Positions 60,568 to 64,000 of a stretch of DNA of 64,000 bases are shown here, piece by piece. Positions within the stretch are counted from its first letter, which is position 1; every line of letters begins with the position of its first letter. The DNA comes from Actinomycetes bacterium (lineage in GTDB: Bacteria; Actinomycetota; Aquicultoria; UBA3085; Oleimmundimicrobiaceae): contig JAUWKI010000001.1 in assembly GCA_030614255.1 (NCBI GenBank), positions 69,113 through 133,112 of the forward strand, written 5' to 3'. The notes under the pieces were generated by a model, which was not told the origin of the DNA, did no database searches, and saw only the letters and a program-made list of their open reading frames with translations. A program made the position numbers and the translations under genes.

Positions 60568-61014
60568 TCAAGTTTTTTTAGAATTAATACCGGTTTTTAT
60601 GCTCCATAACAAAATTATGGTTCCAATCACAATGGCAGAATCAGCGATATTAAATACCGGCCAGATACGAAAATCCAAAAAATCGACGACGGCTCCGACA
60701 AACAAGCGATCCAATATGTTTCCAACGGCCCCGCCCAACACTAACCCAAGCGCCAACTGTATCGAGACCTCTTTTGGTCGCCTAAGGAAGTAAAAGAGTA
60801 AGATAATTATGACTATGAAAAGTGTCATAAAAAACAGTATAAGATGCTGATCAGGCATTAGACCAAACGCAGCACCTCTATTTCGAACATGAGTAATGTA
60901 AAACATATTGTCTATTACCGGTATGCTTTCACCTACATTTAAACTCTTTCGTACATATAGCTTTGTAATTTGGTCAATTAAAACCATGCTGCATGAAACC
61001 AAAATTAAAATCAA
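60568..61014 (-). CDS. lspA: Lipoprotein signal peptidase (signal peptidase II)
   Basis: LIDQITK, NRGAAFG, GGAVGNILDR, and catalytic Asp residues in VVDFLDF..FNIADSAI. Confidence 0.9.
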   Translation of the reverse strand: MILILVSCSMVLIDQITKLYVRKSLNVGESIPVIDNMFYITHVRNRGAAFGLMPDQHLILFFMTLFIVIIILLFYFLRRPKEVSIQLALGLVLGGAVGNILDRLFVGAVVDFLDFRIWPVFNIADSAIVIGTIILLWSIKTGINSKKT

Positions 61015-61043
61015 ATAGTCAACTCCATTTACCCAATGGAAGA

Positions 61044-61424
61044 TTACCAGCTATTTTCTTCTTTCTTTTTACATTCAATGCAGAGATCAGCATAGGGTAG
61101 GGTTTTTAATCTAGCGGGGTCTATATCTTGTCCGCACATAGCACACTTTCCATACGTTCCCTTTTTGAAACACTCAAGGGCCTTATTGACACGCGAGAGC
61201 AAATCTTTGATGTTTCGTTCTAGTGAAAGATCTTTCTCGCGCTCAAAGGTCACCGTTCCACTGTCCGCAAAACTGTCCTGGTAGGAATTTTCGCCAGTCA
61301 TTTCAGATTGACTCTGCCTTAAAATCCCTTCTTCAATTTCCTTCAGTTCATCTTCTAAACGACTCTTCTCGGTTTTTAATTTTTTCCTTAAAACTTCCAG
61401 CCTCTTGTCGTCTATTGTAATCAC
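61044..61424 (-). CDS. TraR/DksA family C4 zinc-finger protein
   Basis: Coiled-coil N-terminal part and C-terminal CAMCGQDIDPARLKTLPYADLCIEC (CxxC-N17-CxxC). It occupies the conserved ileS-dksA-like-lspA position. The GTG start abuts the SD, so the exact start is uncertain. Confidence 0.8.
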   Translation of the reverse strand: MITIDDKRLEVLRKKLKTEKSRLEDELKEIEEGILRQSQSEMTGENSYQDSFADSGTVTFEREKDLSLERNIKDLLSRVNKALECFKKGTYGKCAMCGQDIDPARLKTLPYADLCIECKKKEENSW

Positions 61425-61506
61425 CCTCCCGCTTCAAAATATCGTCAACTCAACCCAAACATCAAATGAATTATATATAATCTATAAAGCTACTGCCACA
61501 ATTCTT

Positions 61507-64000
61507 TTAGAGCAACACCTTACCTTGTTTCACCATATGGTTTACAACTTCAAAACATTTTGAACAAACTGTCGGATGTTCGCTATTTATTCCCACGCTC
61601 TCTCCATAATTCCAACATCGTTCACATTTTGCGCCCTTTGCTCTAGTTATCGAAATTGAAAAATTCGGTATTTCGTCACTCTTAAAAATTCTACTTAGTT
61701 TATCGGCAGTTAAGCAAGAAAGCTCAACCTGCGAGACTATAAAAGTGGTTGACAAAATATCCTCTTTCGAGCTTAAAAATTCATAAAGGTCATGATCACA
61801 GTATATTGTAACCATTGCCTCAAGAGAGTTTCCTATTAATTTTTCGTTTCTGGATATTTCTAAAGCTTTCAAAACTTCGCCTCTTACCTTCAAGAGCTTA
61901 TCCCATTTTTCCTCGAAAGCATCGTCTATAAACTCATCGACAACATTGGGCCAGTCAACAAGTTGCGCGCTAACTTGATTTTTATAACTATCAGGTAAGC
62001 TTGCCCACGCATCCTCAGCGGTAAAAACAAGGACTGGAGCAATTAGACTTATCAAAGACATTAATGTTTCATATAAAGCAGTCTGTGATGACCTACGTTC
62101 TTTTGACGCCGGCAATGAAGTGTAGAGTCTATCTTTTAAAACATCAAGGTAGAATGAACTCAAATCCGTTACACAGAAATTATAAATTTTGTGAAAAACA
62201 ACATAAAATTTATAATCGTCGAATGCTTCTGTTATGTCCCCGATTAACTTGTGCAACTTATAAAGAACCCATCTGTCGATTTCGTTCATGTCTCCATAGT
62301 CAACTCTATCTTTTTGGGGGTCGAAATCGTATAAGTTTCCCATAAGAAAACGTAAGGTATTGCGTATTCTTCGGTAAGCTTCAGAAATCCGTTCAAGAAT
62401 TTCCTGAGAGACTGCTATATCCGAGGCATAATCGGAAGAAATTACCCACAAGCGTAAAATATCGGCTCCCGATTTTTTGATAACTTTCAGAGGGTCTACC
62501 ACATTACCTAAAGACTTTGACATCTTTCGTCCATCACCGTCCACCAAAAATCCGTGCGTAAGCACAGAATCATATGGTGCTCTGCCCGTAAAACCAACTG
62601 AAGTTAATAAGGAAGATTGAAACCAGCCACGATGCTGGTCGCTTCCTTCAAGATAAAGTTGGGCTGGCCAGCTCAGTTCAGGTTTGGTTTTTAAAACCGC
62701 CAGATGACTGATGCCAGACTCGAACCAAACGTCCAATATATCACTCTCTTTGGTAAATTCCTTCCCTTCGCAATTCGGACAAACGGTTCCCTCCGGCAAA
62801 ATTTCGACGGCCGATCTGATAAACCAGGCATCGGCTCCCTCTTTCTTAAAAAGCTCAGCTACAACTTTCGTTGTCTCCGGAGTTACTATTTCTTTACCAC
62901 AACCGCTACAATAAAATACCGGGATTGGCACACCCCAGGCACGCTGTCGAGAAATACACCAGTCCGGTCTATCCCTTACCATGCTGGCTATTCTCTTTTC
63001 GCTCCATCCTGGCACCCACCTTACCTTCTCAATTTCCTTGAGAGCATTCTCGCGCAAATTTTCATTGTCCATTGAAACAAACCATTGTTCTGTCGCGCGA
63101 AATATAACCGGGTTTTTACAACGCCAACAATGAGGATAAGGGTGGTTAATTGATGCGGAGTGGAATAAAAAATTATCTTTCTTTAAATCATCCACTATCA
63201 CTTCGTTTGCTTTTTCTATATGTTGCCCTGCATATTTGCCGGCCTGCTTAGTAAAAAATCCCTTCCCGTCCACAGGCATAGGTATTGGTAATTTATAGTC
63301 AAGGCTAGCTTGATAGTCTTCTTGACCATGACCCGGAGCTATATGAACACAGCCACTTCCTGTGTCTAAGGCTACAAAATCTGCCGAGATAACAACTGAA
63401 TCCCATGTTTGGAAAGGATGAGAACAGATCAAATTTTCTAATTCTCGACCCATAAAAGTCCTCAATATCTTAAAATCTGAAATTCCAGCCTCAGAAAAGA
63501 CATTCTCGACCAAGTCTTTTGCCAAAACATAAATTTCACCATCGGCTTCAACCCCAGTGTATTCAATGTTAGGATGAACGGCTATCGCAACATTTGCCGG
63601 CAATGTCCAAGGAGTTGTTGTCCATATCAAAAGATATATTGGTAATTGAAAATTTGAAAGTGGCCCAAAATCACTTTTTAAAGAAAACTTAACATAAATT
63701 GATAACGATTCTTCATCTTCATATTCAATTTCGGCTTCCGCTAAAGCCGTCCTGCAATGATAGCACCAGTGAATTGGCTTTTTTCCTTTATAAATATATC
63801 CGTCTTCATAAAGTTTGCCGAAAACCTCGATATTCGTTGCTTCATAAAGTGGATTAAGGGTTAAGTATGGATTTTCAAAATCTCCAAGCACACCCAACCT
63901 TTTAAACTGTTCTGTCTGCCTTTTAACAAATTTTAAAGCGTAATTTTTGCAAAGTTCTCTGAGCTCGACCTGGTTTACTTGGATTTTCTTGGATCTCAAA
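61507..64000 (-). CDS. ileS: Isoleucine--tRNA ligase, C-terminal ~830 codons (5' end beyond window)
   Basis: CP1 editing domain, KMSKSLGN class I motif, anticodon-binding domain, and a C-terminal zinc finger CERCWN...CSKC. The ORF is open to the window edge. Confidence 0.97.
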   Translation of the reverse strand, partial: LRSKKIQVNQVELRELCKNYALKFVKRQTEQFKRLGVLGDFENPYLTLNPLYEATNIEVFGKLYEDGYIYKGKKPIHWCYHCRTALAEAEIEYEDEESLSIYVKFSLKSDFGPLSNFQLPIYLLIWTTTPWTLPANVAIAVHPNIEYTGVEADGEIYVLAKDLVENVFSEAGISDFKILRTFMGRELENLICSHPFQTWDSVVISADFVALDTGSGCVHIAPGHGQEDYQASLDYKLPIPMPVDGKGFFTKQAGKYAGQHIEKANEVIVDDLKKDNFLFHSASINHPYPHCWRCKNPVIFRATEQWFVSMDNENLRENALKEIEKVRWVPGWSEKRIASMVRDRPDWCISRQRAWGVPIPVFYCSGCGKEIVTPETTKVVAELFKKEGADAWFIRSAVEILPEGTVCPNCEGKEFTKESDILDVWFESGISHLAVLKTKPELSWPAQLYLEGSDQHRGWFQSSLLTSVGFTGRAPYDSVLTHGFLVDGDGRKMSKSLGNVVDPLKVIKKSGADILRLWVISSDYASDIAVSQEILERISEAYRRIRNTLRFLMGNLYDFDPQKDRVDYGDMNEIDRWVLYKLHKLIGDITEAFDDYKFYVVFHKIYNFCVTDLSSFYLDVLKDRLYTSLPASKERRSSQTALYETLMSLISLIAPVLVFTAEDAWASLPDSYKNQVSAQLVDWPNVVDEFIDDAFEEKWDKLLKVRGEVLKALEISRNEKLIGNSLEAMVTIYCDHDLYEFLSSKEDILSTTFIVSQVELSCLTADKLSRIFKSDEIPNFSISITRAKGAKCERCWNYGESVGINSEHPTVCSKCFEVVNHMVKQGKVLL

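Overview
This is a gene-dense core-genome segment of a low-GC bacterium. I call about 60 CDS, and all but two are on the minus strand. I found no rRNA, tRNA, CRISPR array, IS element or prophage.

Many genes are translationally coupled. TAATG or TAGTG overlaps occur at 7544, 43102, 49627 and 50688. ATGA overlaps occur at 9297-9300, 41682-41685 and 42728-42731.

Gene content in window order:
- nrdR (partial) and divergent lexA
- hflX-dapL-dapF-miaA
- coaBC-rpoZ-gmk-mihF
- a pyrimidine operon, pyrR-pyrB-pyrC-pyrK-pyrD-pyrF-pyrE, with a PyrR attenuator
- a geranylgeranyl-reductase-like flavoprotein, then acyP
- a LigB/Memo-AMMECR1 fusion, miaB, a PHP phosphoesterase and spoVS
- an orphan MutL-like GHL ATPase coupled to rny
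- recX-recA-thpR-cinA-pgsA-rimO-yajQ and a RodZ-like gene
- ftsK, uppP, rnj, dapA, dapB, an M16 peptidase, pnp, rpsO, ribF and truB
- nrnA-rbfA-DUF503-infB-ylxR-nusA-rimP
- a GT2 glycosyltransferase
- proS-ispG-rseP-dxr-cdsA-uppS-frr-pyrH-tsf-rpsB
- a plus-strand Cas4-like nuclease
- rluD, lgt, lspA, a DksA/TraR-type zinc finger and ileS (partial)

The gene order is colinear, from memory, with the Mycobacterium nrdR/lexA-to-rpsB region, and the window encodes actinobacterial-type mIHF. It also carries modules typical of Bacillota: rny-X-spoVS, pgsA-cinA-recA, PyrK/PyrD type 1B and Cheo-type SOS boxes. I therefore read it as a compacted, deep-branching Actinomycetota-like genome, but this needs a phylogenomic check.

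There is no obvious accessory island or defence locus. The items most worth a second look are:
1. An SOS-box-controlled stand-alone Fe-S PD-(D/E)XK nuclease that shares its promoter-operator module with recA.
2. A MutL-like GHL ATPase sitting where Bacillus has ymdB, between rny and spoVS.
3. Terminator-type attenuators in the rny and rimP-nusA leaders.
4. Tandem NrdR boxes in front of nrdR.
5. A 10-codon lipobox-terminated mini-ORF between lspA and lgt.
6. A Cys3-His tail on NusA.

All calls rest on reading the sequence and on remembered family motifs. No database search was run.
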